Assembly (NCBI GenBank): GCA_001776775.1
Contig: MFDD01000002.1
Coordinates: 169,834-233,833, forward strand
DNA from: Candidatus Daviesbacteria bacterium RIFCSPHIGHO2_02_FULL_43_12
Lineage (GTDB): Bacteria > Patescibacteriota > Microgenomatia > Daviesbacterales > UBA10151
DNA: 64,000 nt
Reading direction: 5' to 3'
Below, in pieces: positions 47,981 through 58,681 of this stretch (position 1 is the first letter of the stretch; each line of letters begins with the position of its first letter). The translations under genes were made by a program, and so were the position numbers. The notes beneath the pieces were generated by a model that worked only from the letters and a program-made list of their open reading frames with translations, was not told where the DNA came from and made no database searches.

Positions 47981-49129
47981 TTAAATGTCGACCGGCTGAT
48001 CCTGCAACGAGTCAACTGCCGAAGAAAATTTCATTTTAAATCGTGTCTTCGAAAATTTGGCTGCATTTTTTTTGATTTCCGGGCTACTAAACTTGGAGCT
48101 ACAAAATAACACCAAAGCTTCCAGAAGGCTTTGTTCATTTGCTTGATCAAAAAATAGGCCTGTTTTTTTATTGATCACTGTCTCTAGTACCCCTCCTTTA
48201 CCAAAAGCAATTACCGGCTTACCCGTAGCTTGTGCTTCCAGCGCAGTTAGTCCAAAATCTTCCTCCCCGGGTAAAATAAGTGCACTGCAACCGGATAAAA
48301 TATCCATCCTTACCTCCTCGGTAACGGCACCCAGAAAATCTATCTCACTGCTGGCCATTTGATAGAGATCATTTAGCTTAGGACCAGTACCAATAATCCT
48401 CATTCGCCACTTTTTTTCCTTTCGAATCTTCACAAATTTATTAAAAGCTTTGATTGCCAAATCAACTCTTTTGTACTCATTGAGTCTGGCGATTACTAAA
48501 AAATAGTTACCGTCCCAAGCTTGCCATTTAGAATAATCCGAAACCTCCACAAAACCCGGTACAACCACAGCTGGCTGGTGATAGATCTTCTGGATACGGC
48601 TGCTTGCTACCTTTGACCCGGCTATCCAGTGATCAACCCGAACAGAGCTGACCCTATCGATAACTCTTAAACTGCTCAGTATCGGACGGGCCAGAATGGG
48701 TACGTTGTCAGACTGAAAGTTCCATAAAAATCGTGGCGGAGTGTAGCAGTAGCAGAGATGTCTTTGTTCTGGCTTGGTAATCACCGACTTGGCAAAACGG
48801 GTAGTAATAGAGATCACCAAATCATACCCAGACAAATCGAACTGTTCAAAAACAAACGGATAAAGGGCAAATAAGGGTTTGTATAAAATTTTCCATCCGG
48901 GAATTTTCTGCAAAAAAGAAGTCTTTATCTTTTTTACTCCAAACTGCTCTTTTATTAGAGGGTTTTCCCAATCGATTACTGAGGTATATATTACTGCCTC
49001 CGGATAAATTTCCGAGATTCCCAGTAACATTCTCTCCAATCCGCCCCACTGGACTAAATCATCATGAACAAGCGCTACCTTCATATTGATCGATATACTG
49101 CTAGAGTCTGTTCTGCCATTTTTTTCCAA
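47981..49129 (-). CDS. Glycosyltransferase family 4
   Basis: KVALVHDDL..WGG, EDFGLTALEAQ; likely start MKVALV. Confidence 0.9.
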   Translation of the reverse strand: MEKNGRTDSSSISINMKVALVHDDLVQWGGLERMLLGISEIYPEAVIYTSVIDWENPLIKEQFGVKKIKTSFLQKIPGWKILYKPLFALYPFVFEQFDLSGYDLVISITTRFAKSVITKPEQRHLCYCYTPPRFLWNFQSDNVPILARPILSSLRVIDRVSSVRVDHWIAGSKVASSRIQKIYHQPAVVVPGFVEVSDYSKWQAWDGNYFLVIARLNEYKRVDLAIKAFNKFVKIRKEKKWRMRIIGTGPKLNDLYQMASSEIDFLGAVTEEVRMDILSGCSALILPGEEDFGLTALEAQATGKPVIAFGKGGVLETVINKKTGLFFDQANEQSLLEALVLFCSSKFSSPEIKKNAAKFSKTRFKMKFSSAVDSLQDQPVDI

Positions 49130-50196
49130 CTAAATTTCGTCAATTGCTTCTTACCTTTCTTCACTAGATCGCTTCTTAATGTATCACTTCCTAACATCTT
49201 TATTATTTTCTCGGACATATCCTTTGTAGAGTACGGGTTAAAATACATCGCTCCTTCGCCTGCTACTTCCGGAAGAGATGATGTATCCGAACAAGCAACA
49301 GGACAGCAAACTGCAAAAGCTTCCAGTACCGGAATACCAAAACCCTCTTCAAAAGATGGGATCACCCGGAGGGAGGCCTTCTTTAATAGAGAAATCATCT
49401 CTTTATCCGAAACAAAGCTTGTAAAAATAATATCCGGATGGTGGACTCCAGACTTTAGTCTCTCCCAAAAATAGTGATCATGGCCAGACAATACTAACTT
49501 TAAGTATTGGTATTTTTTTCGCAGTTCCAGAAAACATTCAATCAATCCTTCAACATTCTTATGTGGATGAGCGTTTCCAAGATAAAAAATAAACGGTGGT
49601 TTAATATCAAATTTCTCCAGAACTTTTCTTACTTCCTCTTCAGTCACAGAACTTGCAAGCTTACTAAAAGTTTCTTCCACTCCCTCTAAAGTAACAACTA
49701 TTTTATCAGCAGAAACTGATGAATTATTCAATATATCATGTTTTACAAATTCCGATGGTACAATAATTTTTTCACTTTTCAAAAGAGCGGAAGACAACGC
49801 GATATTAAACCCCACCTTTTTAAGATTATAAAAAATCCTACCATGGGTTGTGGATCGTTGCATCGAAAATCGCTGATGAATTAAATCATGGATCGTCACC
49901 ACGAATTTACCTTTATAAAGAATCGGGACATTAAAGTGAGGAAAGTGCATTAAGTCTATTTTATATTTACCGATTAGATAGGGTAACTTAATCTGTTCTG
50001 CAAATCCGTACCAAGGAATATCTGCTTTTATCTTTTTGAAGTTTTCTGATTGATCAAACTTTTCAAAATCTCTGGCTAGCAAAAATACAAAGTAACTATT
50101 CTGCTTATCAATTTTTTTTAGCTCGTTTATTAGATTGCGAATGTACCTACCAATTCCTGATTCGCCAAATAGTCTTGCATCAATACCTATATTCAT
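49081..50196 (-). CDS. Glycosyltransferase family 4
   Basis: IGIDAR, TIHDL, EGFGIPVLEA motifs. Confidence 0.92.
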   Translation of the reverse strand: MNIGIDARLFGESGIGRYIRNLINELKKIDKQNSYFVFLLARDFEKFDQSENFKKIKADIPWYGFAEQIKLPYLIGKYKIDLMHFPHFNVPILYKGKFVVTIHDLIHQRFSMQRSTTHGRIFYNLKKVGFNIALSSALLKSEKIIVPSEFVKHDILNNSSVSADKIVVTLEGVEETFSKLASSVTEEEVRKVLEKFDIKPPFIFYLGNAHPHKNVEGLIECFLELRKKYQYLKLVLSGHDHYFWERLKSGVHHPDIIFTSFVSDKEMISLLKKASLRVIPSFEEGFGIPVLEAFAVCCPVACSDTSSLPEVAGEGAMYFNPYSTKDMSEKIIKMLGSDTLRSDLVKKGKKQLTKFSWKKMAEQTLAVYRSI

Positions 50197-50702
50197 TTTT
50201 TTAAAGTTTGTTTAGTCAAATTAGTAATTTTAAAGTCGTTCCCGACTTGCGCGGAAATAAAAAATAACTCATTTTCATTTACAATTTCTTCAAAACAATA
50301 CTGGATGTCATCGACTAAATCTAGTTCACCATTTAGAACTTCATCCTTATTTATCCATATCAGCTCGCCATCTTCTGTCTTGCTGCCAATTGGTAACTTT
50401 ATACTAGAAACGCTGATCTTAAAAAAACACATTACCCAGTCTTCATCGTAAAAGCCTTCAAGTCTTACAACACCACAGAATTTTATCTGTGAAGCATCAA
50501 CCTTTATGCCGGTCTCTTCTTTAGTTTCTCTAATGGCTGCACTTAAATAGTCTTCACCTGGTTCTACTCTTCCACCGATACCATTGACCTTTCCTGGATC
50601 TATTTTTTTATGAGTACCCCTTTTTAATAATAAGTAATCATCGCCGCAGTGAATAAAATTAGTAACCGATGTCTGAACTTTTCTTGTATATTTCTCCATC
50701 AT
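50193..50702 (-). CDS. NUDIX hydrolase
   Basis: GGRVEPGED...AIRETKEETG; the ORF-track N-terminus upstream of 50702 comes from a heptamer tract. Confidence 0.88.
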   Translation of the reverse strand: MMEKYTRKVQTSVTNFIHCGDDYLLLKRGTHKKIDPGKVNGIGGRVEPGEDYLSAAIRETKEETGIKVDASQIKFCGVVRLEGFYDEDWVMCFFKISVSSIKLPIGSKTEDGELIWINKDEVLNGELDLVDDIQYCFEEIVNENELFFISAQVGNDFKITNLTKQTLKK

Positions 50703-50739
50703 TAACTCTGCATTCTTCAATCTGAATTCTGCATTCCAA

Positions 50740-51612
50740 TCATACCGTAAGTTTTCTCTTCGCCATCCACCACTTAATATTAATCCCCAAGTACACTAAC
50801 CAATTTATAAAAAAGGGGTATTTTTTGGACATCTGCTTCTTATAAAAAGTTAGCATTGAGATGTAGAAAGCATCTAAAGACCTCCTGCGAGTCTCTGGGT
50901 CTGCAGTTGTTACGCTTTGTGAGTCCTTTTTTAACCCGGAAGATACCCCTTTATAGTGCACTATCGAAACACTTGGAACATATACCACCTTAAACCCGGC
51001 CTCTTTTATCCTAAAGCACAAATCAATATCTTCGGCGTATAAAAAGTAATCTTCGTCAAAGAGTCCGACTTTTTTTAAAACGTCCGCCCGAGTAAGCATA
51101 AAAGCTCCGGCGATAGCATCAACTTCGTGTGGACCGGACATATCCATTTGACGCAAATGGTAAAGACTGTCATCTTTTAGAAAATAATATTTAAATGAAG
51201 CCCACGGAGTCGGGAAGCCTCGATGAGCTGTCAAATCCAATCTACCGTCCGGAAAAACTATTTTACAGGTAGAGATCCCGACCTCAAGGTGAGCTTCCAT
51301 AAATTCAAGCATCTTAGAGATTACCCCTTTTTCTAGTTTAGTATCTGGGTTAAGTAGTAAAATATATCCTTCCTTAATTTTCTCTAAAGCGAGATTATTC
51401 CCTTTCCCAAAACCTAAATTTTCTGGATTAAGAATAAAATTAAACTCGGGAAATTCCTGCTTGGCGGTCTTGGCACTATCGTCACTTGATGCATTATCTA
51501 TTATATAAACACTGACGTCTGCCTCATTTATCACCTGCTTCACTGATGACAGACATTCCAACAGAAAATTTCCGGCGTTAAAATTGACGATAACTATGGA
51601 TAGCTTAAGCAT
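50740..51612 (-). CDS. Glycosyltransferase family 2
   Basis: IVNFN, DNASSD, LNPDT, YAEDIDL. Confidence 0.92.
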   Translation of the reverse strand: MLKLSIVIVNFNAGNFLLECLSSVKQVINEADVSVYIIDNASSDDSAKTAKQEFPEFNFILNPENLGFGKGNNLALEKIKEGYILLLNPDTKLEKGVISKMLEFMEAHLEVGISTCKIVFPDGRLDLTAHRGFPTPWASFKYYFLKDDSLYHLRQMDMSGPHEVDAIAGAFMLTRADVLKKVGLFDEDYFLYAEDIDLCFRIKEAGFKVVYVPSVSIVHYKGVSSGLKKDSQSVTTADPETRRRSLDAFYISMLTFYKKQMSKKYPFFINWLVYLGINIKWWMAKRKLTV

Positions 51613-52792
51613 GAGCCACCTCTTTATATATATCGCTTAATTTTTGCGCTATTTGGTCCCAATCATATTTTTGTTGAACCATTTTTTTAGCGTTTTCTGC
51701 AAGTCTTGAGTATTTTTTAGGATCTTGCAGCAGCTCTATTGCCGCTTGGGCGATATCTTTTGGGTCATCCCGTATAATTACTTCTTTGCCGTCTTCGGCT
51801 TCTGTTCCACCAATGCCAATCGAGGTTGTAACGACCGGTAACCCCGAAGCAAAAGTCTCAAAATTCTTTAACCTGGTTCCATGACCGCTATAGATAGGCG
51901 TTACCAAAAGATGTGCTCCTTGATAGGCCTCTCTGACGTCTTTAACTTCTTCTATCCGAATATCTTTATTCTCAAGAGACGAAAAAAAATTCTTCGCATC
52001 CTTACCGATAATCCAGAGTTTTGCATCTTTAACAGATCTTTTAATAATCGGCCAGACTTTTTCGACCAGCACCTCCACTGCTTCTCTGTTTTGTAGCCAG
52101 GTAAAGTTTCCCAGATACATGATTACCGGTTCCTTTGACTTTTCCTTGATCTTTGCTCCGAAGAAAGTGCTGTCTACTCCATTGGGAACTATCTCCACGT
52201 TCAGTGACGGTACCTGAGTAATCATAGTTTCTCTGTCGTTGGAAGACATGGCAATTACTTTACTGGCTTGTTTCCAATATTTTAATTCCCAGAATTTTAG
52301 CTTATAAACATCTATTAAAAGAAGTGGTTTTAAAAAGTTATATTTATAATTTTCTACATAATGCTGATAAACCTTATACTCTATAGTTTGATCGACTAAG
52401 ACGATGGGTATAGTAGTTTTTGGAATATGGGGCATAACGTAAAAGGTCTCTGCATGAATTAAATCAAAACTCTGTTCGTCTAGGAGTTTAGCAACCGCTG
52501 TCTTCTCTCCACTCGCCCAGTTACGCATTACCAAAAAGGGGAAGAAGCTAAAACCAGTTCTTAAAATATTTATTATAGTCCAGGGTTTTTCCGGACGGTT
52601 AAAAACCCTAACCTCTTTGCAGAATTTTTCCAACTCTGGCGCATACTTTTTTTCGTCATCACTTTTGACCAAGCAAAAAAGAGTAATCTCGTGTCCTAAA
52701 TTTGCTAATCTTTTTATTAGATTGTAGGATCTTGTTTGCCCCCCTGTTAACAGAGGAAATGGCAAGTAGGGTGTAAGCATGAGTATTTTCAT
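51605..52792 (-). CDS. Glycosyltransferase family 4
   Basis: PYLPFP..GGQTR, VPNGVD, GTRLK..E...SGLPVVTT. Confidence 0.9.
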   Translation of the reverse strand: MKILMLTPYLPFPLLTGGQTRSYNLIKRLANLGHEITLFCLVKSDDEKKYAPELEKFCKEVRVFNRPEKPWTIINILRTGFSFFPFLVMRNWASGEKTAVAKLLDEQSFDLIHAETFYVMPHIPKTTIPIVLVDQTIEYKVYQHYVENYKYNFLKPLLLIDVYKLKFWELKYWKQASKVIAMSSNDRETMITQVPSLNVEIVPNGVDSTFFGAKIKEKSKEPVIMYLGNFTWLQNREAVEVLVEKVWPIIKRSVKDAKLWIIGKDAKNFFSSLENKDIRIEEVKDVREAYQGAHLLVTPIYSGHGTRLKNFETFASGLPVVTTSIGIGGTEAEDGKEVIIRDDPKDIAQAAIELLQDPKKYSRLAENAKKMVQQKYDWDQIAQKLSDIYKEVAHA

Positions 52793-52794
52793 GG

Positions 52795-54306
52795 CTATTT
52801 AATCACTGCACCTGATGTCGAAGATGGATACCTTAAATCAGCGATAACATATTTCGGAGTCTGCTCGATTACTTTGTATTTTTTTAATACGGTGGCAGTA
52901 TCATTGTCGTAGTTGGTAGAAACATAATGAGTCACCCCGAAATCTTTAATCAAATCTTCAAATGAAGCTGCAACAACTGGAAAGCCGGTTCTATTAATTT
53001 GGTATAAAAACGCCGTATCGCCATTATAGGGGGCAATCACCACAGCATCTTTCGGTAACAGTGTATCCGCCTTTCTTCCCACCTCAACAATTATTGGGTT
53101 ATTTATCTGATAAAGACCCTTAATCTCATACCAGGTTAGCCCAAGTGTTAATGATAGCAAAAAGATAGCTAGAGGAATGGTCACAATCCTGGGGAGAAAG
53201 AGCGGTAAGCCTTTTAGCATTAGCCAAAGCCCCCGGGCGGTAAAAATACAGATCGCCGGAACAATCAGTGTTTGGTAATAATCATGCTGGACATTACCTG
53301 TGGCAAAAACAATCAAGTATAAAAAAGCGCCAACTGCAAAAAGATGCAGAAACAAATTCTCGTTTTTAAGCGGTCGAAGAACTAACCCGAGAATAAAAAC
53401 AAACACTCCGACCGGAGATAATAGTTCGCGACTAAATCGGTCATTTATTATCCATCTCCAAAAAGCTGGACGAAAGCGGATTCCGTTACCATTTAGAAGC
53501 CAGGCTGAAGATGGTATCCCCTCGGGGTGAATATTAATCCATAGTCTCCAGATAAGCAGGGGCGCTAGTACCAGACTGACAAATCCAATATACTTTTTAG
53601 GGATTGGAAAGAGCCCTTTTTCTTTTAGATAATAGGAGTACAGCAGTGGTAGTGTGTAAAAGATTACTGTTGGTTTAGTTAAAAAAGCTAAAATGCTAAA
53701 AATGACCGCTAGACCAAAGGTACTTTTCGATGATTCCCATATCCAACGATCAGTAAAATAGACCATCCCTAACCCAAAAAAAATCAACGAGGGCTCAGGC
53801 AGAATAACTCGGGAGTAGTAGATACTGTACGGAAGAACAGCAAATAGCAGCGCTGCCAGAAGAGCCGTACCTTGTCCAAAGTATTTCTTAGTTAGAAAAT
53901 ACATTAACACTATAGACCCCAGGGAAAAAATTATGGAGACTAAACGAGCTAGTGGTTCACTGACTCCTCCGTGTAGTAGATAGGCCGCATAGACGACGGC
54001 ATTATATATCGGAAACTCGACATATCTTAGACGAAGTGGGTTAAACTTCCCGGTTTCAGAGATCTGAGACATATCATCTCCTTTAGGATAAAATATATTA
54101 AATCCTTCTTTATAAAAGTTACGGGCTACCGCTGCCGTATCTGCCTGCCTCCAAGAATGCCAATCGGCAATCGGACTATCTAGCTTATAAAGCCGCATCA
54201 CAAAAGCTAAGCAAAGAATCACCAAGAGCCAAAGTAGTGGTTGTTTTAAAAATTTGATCATTTTCTCTGGTATAAATACCCTAAGTAAGTCCCTGAAATA
54301 AGCCAA
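52795..54306 (-). CDS. ArnT/PMT-like (GT-C) membrane glycosyltransferase
   Basis: WRQADT, EFPIY, YSR...EP, K-P and HDYY motifs; multi-TM; start may be MIKFL. Confidence 0.8.
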   Translation of the reverse strand: MAYFRDLLRVFIPEKMIKFLKQPLLWLLVILCLAFVMRLYKLDSPIADWHSWRQADTAAVARNFYKEGFNIFYPKGDDMSQISETGKFNPLRLRYVEFPIYNAVVYAAYLLHGGVSEPLARLVSIIFSLGSIVLMYFLTKKYFGQGTALLAALLFAVLPYSIYYSRVILPEPSLIFFGLGMVYFTDRWIWESSKSTFGLAVIFSILAFLTKPTVIFYTLPLLYSYYLKEKGLFPIPKKYIGFVSLVLAPLLIWRLWINIHPEGIPSSAWLLNGNGIRFRPAFWRWIINDRFSRELLSPVGVFVFILGLVLRPLKNENLFLHLFAVGAFLYLIVFATGNVQHDYYQTLIVPAICIFTARGLWLMLKGLPLFLPRIVTIPLAIFLLSLTLGLTWYEIKGLYQINNPIIVEVGRKADTLLPKDAVVIAPYNGDTAFLYQINRTGFPVVAASFEDLIKDFGVTHYVSTNYDNDTATVLKKYKVIEQTPKYVIADLRYPSSTSGAVIK

Positions 54307-55676
54307 AAGAGTGTGGCTATTTTCGATGCTTCAAAAACATCAATCACCAAGCCGTTAGTTACAAAACAAAAAACCATAATCAACATTCCCGCAGAAAGAA
54401 TCTTCGTAAACTGATCTTTGTCCTGGTAGCCCTTCCAAAAGTCACGAACTATTCGAGTGATTAAAAAGAAAAAAGCTAAGCTGCCCAAGACCCCAGTCTC
54501 ACCCAATGAACGTAGGAAATCGTTATCTGTTGCCAAACCTAATGATGAGTATCCTGTTCCCAAAAATGGGTTCTTCATGAATGCTCTAATCGCCAAAGGC
54601 CACTCGTAATTAAGCCTAATGGCACCAGATCTATAAACTCCAAGCTGGGTCGGGTCTGTCGGTTCTCCAGGCACAACATCCGGCGCAACCCCTCCGGAGG
54701 GGGTAGAGAATTTCGTAGCATTAACTAAATCTTTGGAGATCGGCAGGGTGGGAATATTTAGCTTGCTTCTTTGTTCCTGAAGATTGTTTTTAGGATTATA
54801 GGTGTCCCCTGCCGACCGGAAGTTAACCATAATGGTCGAAACCAGACGATCTCGAAGCTGCGAAGGATAAGCTGCACCAAGAACTACAACCAGGAGCAGC
54901 AGCGCAATGAGCATTCGTTTTTTAAGTAAAACAAGTAGAATAATAATTCCGACCACCAAGGCTGCAAACGAAAGCCTCGCTGCATTCATGACCAGGATAA
55001 TAAAACAAAACAAACAGCCAAGGCCAGTCAGTAATTTGAGAGCAGTGTTTTTGAAGTAGAAAAAAAGGGCTATAAAGATACTCATGACCATCACTAAAAA
55101 AACCGGTAAATCATAGTGTCCAGCAAACGTAGAGCTGACCCTAGCTCCCGGAGAGAGGTAAAGGATCTGTCCCTTAGCAAATTCCGAGTTCGTAGTCGCA
55201 ATCACTGGCCAGTGTAAATATGCTTGACCAAGTGCGTATACATTAACTAAAACTGAGGTTATAAAAAGAGTCCAGAGAACAATCAGCAGCTGACGTTTAT
55301 GTTGAATAATAAAGATTGAAAAACAAAGGACAGGCACTAGCTCGACTCGCCTTAAAAAATGCAGTACAGCTAGGTGAGGAAGAGCAGTATGCGTCAGAAA
55401 AATACCGGAAAAGCTCGACAGTATTCCGATCAATAGAAAGACTCCAACGATCTGATTCACAGGTAGCGTCACAAATTTTTTAACCTGTCTGGAAAAAAGA
55501 ATATACAAACTCCAGACGACCAGACTAAAAGCAATCACCAAATCTTCCAGTCTAATAGCCGCAAAAGTATTCTGGACAGAGAAAAGGGGAATTTTTGGAT
55601 ACAAAGGGATAAACACTACCAAAAAAAGCAGTAGCCAAAAGGATAAGTTTTTAAATATATCTGATAACTTGTGCAT
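54258..55676 (-). CDS. O-antigen ligase-like membrane protein
   Basis: RVSSTFAGHYD, NPFLGTG, DNDFLR.LGETG. Confidence 0.8.
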   Translation of the reverse strand: MHKLSDIFKNLSFWLLLFLVVFIPLYPKIPLFSVQNTFAAIRLEDLVIAFSLVVWSLYILFSRQVKKFVTLPVNQIVGVFLLIGILSSFSGIFLTHTALPHLAVLHFLRRVELVPVLCFSIFIIQHKRQLLIVLWTLFITSVLVNVYALGQAYLHWPVIATTNSEFAKGQILYLSPGARVSSTFAGHYDLPVFLVMVMSIFIALFFYFKNTALKLLTGLGCLFCFIILVMNAARLSFAALVVGIIILLVLLKKRMLIALLLLVVVLGAAYPSQLRDRLVSTIMVNFRSAGDTYNPKNNLQEQRSKLNIPTLPISKDLVNATKFSTPSGGVAPDVVPGEPTDPTQLGVYRSGAIRLNYEWPLAIRAFMKNPFLGTGYSSLGLATDNDFLRSLGETGVLGSLAFFFLITRIVRDFWKGYQDKDQFTKILSAGMLIMVFCFVTNGLVIDVFEASKIATLFWLISGTYLGYLYQRK

Positions 55677-56547
55677 AAGTTTTGGAAAATTCTTTTTTTC
55701 CCAGCAAAAAAAATACTATCATCCTAAGAGCTATAAATATATACATCAATACTCTTAAAATATCTCCAGCCAATTTTCCATAAAACTTGCTGTAAAGATA
55801 CAGTAGTCCTTTAAACTCACCTTTCCATTGGTTCAGTTTAGGAGCAGGGGAACTTCCTCCACCCAGATGAATAATCTGGGCTTGATCAGTAAAACCGACT
55901 TTAAATCCAGCCTCACGCGCTCTCCAACAATACTCTACATCTTCTGCATACATAAAGATACTGCCGTCCAGAGCCCCTATCTTCGATAATACTTCGCTAC
56001 TGATCAGCAAAGCTGTCCCTGCCACCCAACCGACTTCGTGTGTCCCCCGGTAAAAAGCAGGTTTTTGCAGATGATAAGAAGCACTCGAGATTCCCAGTAA
56101 GCCTAAAAGGTCATCAATTCCAGATAACCATAAAAATAGAGGTCCCGGAGTTGGTAAAAATCCGGCGTTGGGCTGAAGGCTGTGATCTTCATTTAAGAGT
56201 TTGCAGCTAAGCAGGGCGTATTGATCAGTTTTGGCAACTGTCATTAAAAGCTCCAGACAGTCAGGCAGGACAATGGTATCGGAATTAAGTAATAAAAAGT
56301 GGCCTGCTTTAACTTTGGCGAGGGCTAGATTATTACCCGCCGCAAAGCCTACATTCCGGGGACTTTCAATAAGTTCTACTTGGGGAAATTCTTTTTTGGT
56401 AGCTTTGACGCTGTCGTCTGAGGAGGCGTTATCGACGACTATAACTTTTAGATCAAAGCTCACTTTCTGCTGGTAGACACTGGCCAGAGCCTTCAGGAGT
56501 AAGGCTTTGGTATTAAAGTTGACAATAATAACTGCTAAATCTGTCAT
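55651..56547 (-). CDS. Glycosyltransferase family 2
   Basis: VNFNT, DNASSD, LNSDT, YAEDVEY. Confidence 0.92.
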   Translation of the reverse strand: MTDLAVIIVNFNTKALLLKALASVYQQKVSFDLKVIVVDNASSDDSVKATKKEFPQVELIESPRNVGFAAGNNLALAKVKAGHFLLLNSDTIVLPDCLELLMTVAKTDQYALLSCKLLNEDHSLQPNAGFLPTPGPLFLWLSGIDDLLGLLGISSASYHLQKPAFYRGTHEVGWVAGTALLISSEVLSKIGALDGSIFMYAEDVEYCWRAREAGFKVGFTDQAQIIHLGGGSSPAPKLNQWKGEFKGLLYLYSKFYGKLAGDILRVLMYIFIALRMIVFFLLGKKEFSKTYAQVIRYI

Positions 56548-57095
56548 TAGACAAAGGCTTTTTTAGACATTTTCCCAAGAAGCCAGGCGCAACTCACAAT
56601 TCCTGCCCAAACTACTAACCTAACCCACGCCGCCGAGGGGTAATAACGCAGAGTTACCTTATTGTCAAAAGTCCCTTCAGGCAAATCAAATTTTACTGCT
56701 CCATCATATTTGGGATTGTTACTTTCGTCATATGGTTCCAGTCCGTTAATATAGAGGGAGTTTCTTAATGGATAAACGTACTCTTCAAGATAGGTGCTGT
56801 GTGTTTCTACTTTAATATAAGTCACTGCTAGCTCAGGAGGATAGTTCAAACGCAGTGGCCCAAAGGGGAGCATAGTTAGCCCGGCATAATTTTTAACATA
56901 AAAAGGGATAACTTCCGGACGAAAAGAGTTCGTAAAATAAGCCTTTAGATTAGGAACCTGCCAGGTATCTCCATCAAGATTTGATCTGACTGAACTAGGA
57001 AGATCAGCTAACTGATAGACATCTTTAGGTCCCGGGATAAACATATACCCCAAAAGAAGTAATGAGAGAGCAAAAAAAGTGTTTTTTTTGATCAT
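56547..57095 (-). CDS. Hypothetical protein with N- and C-terminal hydrophobic segments
   Basis: 182 aa, coupled to both neighbours. Confidence 0.7.
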   Translation of the reverse strand: MIKKNTFFALSLLLLGYMFIPGPKDVYQLADLPSSVRSNLDGDTWQVPNLKAYFTNSFRPEVIPFYVKNYAGLTMLPFGPLRLNYPPELAVTYIKVETHSTYLEEYVYPLRNSLYINGLEPYDESNNPKYDGAVKFDLPEGTFDNKVTLRYYPSAAWVRLVVWAGIVSCAWLLGKMSKKAFV

Positions 57096-57733
57096 TGAAA
57101 AAGCCTAGACCTTCCTAGTTTATAATGCAGATCTTGAACCTCTCGGGTGCCGATCACCCTAGCCGGAACTCCTCCGGCAATATCAAAATCCACCACATCT
57201 TTCGTGACTACGGCCCCAGCAGCCACCACCGCTCCTTTGCCAATACTGACACCCGGTAGGACGATCACTCTCGGACCGATAAACACAAAGTCCCCTATTT
57301 CCACAGGTGCAACCACTGCCCGAAAGTCTTCCGAGTGAATATCATGCTCAGAATTATAGATCATGACGTCACTGGCAATATCTACAAAACTACCAATTTT
57401 TAGACTGTCCCTTCCGTCTAAAAAAGCATTTTGGCCAATAATAGTACCTTCTCCAATCTGAACTCCGGAGGGGTTAAAAAACTGCACTCCCATATGTAAG
57501 TGAGAACCGTGGCCAATTTTAACTCCGGCGATTTGGTAAAAAAACTTTCTCACAAAAAATATAGGGAAGTAACCAATTAGGCGAAGTAAGAATAGATCTA
57601 AGTCTTGAAAATAGCTCATAAATCGACTGCCAACCTTTTGTAACCCCAAGGACAAAGAGAGGGTTTTGCCCATCTTATTCTTAAAATAGAAACCGGTGTT
57701 ACTGTCCCACCCTAAATGTTCAAGATAAAACAT
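57092..57733 (-). CDS. Hexapeptide-repeat acyltransferase
   Basis: IG repeats, VIVLPGVSIGKGAVVAAGAVVTKDV, GVPA; start uncertain. Confidence 0.88.
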   Translation of the reverse strand: MFYLEHLGWDSNTGFYFKNKMGKTLSLSLGLQKVGSRFMSYFQDLDLFLLRLIGYFPIFFVRKFFYQIAGVKIGHGSHLHMGVQFFNPSGVQIGEGTIIGQNAFLDGRDSLKIGSFVDIASDVMIYNSEHDIHSEDFRAVVAPVEIGDFVFIGPRVIVLPGVSIGKGAVVAAGAVVTKDVVDFDIAGGVPARVIGTREVQDLHYKLGRSRLFQ

Positions 57734-57784
57734 TAGATTATTATATCTTGTTTTAACAGACCAGAGCAACCTCAAACCAGTGAC

Positions 57785-58681
57785 TTACGGATACATCCCC
57801 AAGATTTCTGAATCCTTCAGTTTAGACAAATGACTCTCTTTAGCTCTTTTAGGTAGAAGAAGGGGAAGCTTAACTAGGGCACTAAAAAAAACTTTTAGAT
57901 AACTGGGGTGAGAAATTATCATCCGTAAAAGCCCCAAAAAATGCTGGCGGAGCATTGCTGGATCAGTAATATTTTTCCAGATCAATAAAAGTTGATTCCT
58001 CTGAGCGACTGAAGAGATTTTAGACCGGGAGAAATTTTCCTCAATTACTCCCTTTTGTTTATAATGCTCGACCTTTGAATCGGGATCCCAAAGGTTGAGA
58101 TAGCCTCGCTTAGTAGCTCTGTATCCTAAATCACTATCCTCTTCATAAAAGGGCGCAAAAAGTTCATCAAACCCGGTTAACTCTTCCCAAATACTTTTAC
58201 GAAACAGCCCGCTACCTCCTGAGGCCCACAACGTCTGGTGAAGTTTGGGAGACTCACCTTCCGGTAAAGGCACTTTGTAATGCCACAGAAAGCCTCGCTC
58301 AAACTTGGCCCAGGACCAGTTGCCATCTTCAGTAGCGCAACTGACACTAAATACCTTGGGGTTTTCAAAATGCGCTAAAGCTATCTTCACAGCTTCGGGA
58401 GCAGGTGAGGCATCACTATTTAAAAGAAAAAGTATATCTCCTGATGATTCCCGAACACCTTGATTAACAGTGCTGGAAAAGCCGCTATTTTGTGGCTTAA
58501 TAATTAGCTTAACCGCAGGAAAGTTTTTCCGGATGATTTCAATACTATCATCTGTTGAACCATCGTCAACTACAATCACCTCATGAATATCTTTAACCGC
58601 TAAAACACTTGGCAAATTTTTTTTAAGCTTATCTCGCCCATTCCAATTAGGTATCACAATAGAGACTTTAAAATTATTCAT
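57785..58681 (-). CDS. Glycosyltransferase family 2
   Basis: IPNWNG, VDDGSTD, LNSD, YEEDSDL; start MNNFKV. Confidence 0.9.
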   Translation of the reverse strand: MNNFKVSIVIPNWNGRDKLKKNLPSVLAVKDIHEVIVVDDGSTDDSIEIIRKNFPAVKLIIKPQNSGFSSTVNQGVRESSGDILFLLNSDASPAPEAVKIALAHFENPKVFSVSCATEDGNWSWAKFERGFLWHYKVPLPEGESPKLHQTLWASGGSGLFRKSIWEELTGFDELFAPFYEEDSDLGYRATKRGYLNLWDPDSKVEHYKQKGVIEENFSRSKISSVAQRNQLLLIWKNITDPAMLRQHFLGLLRMIISHPSYLKVFFSALVKLPLLLPKRAKESHLSKLKDSEILGMYP

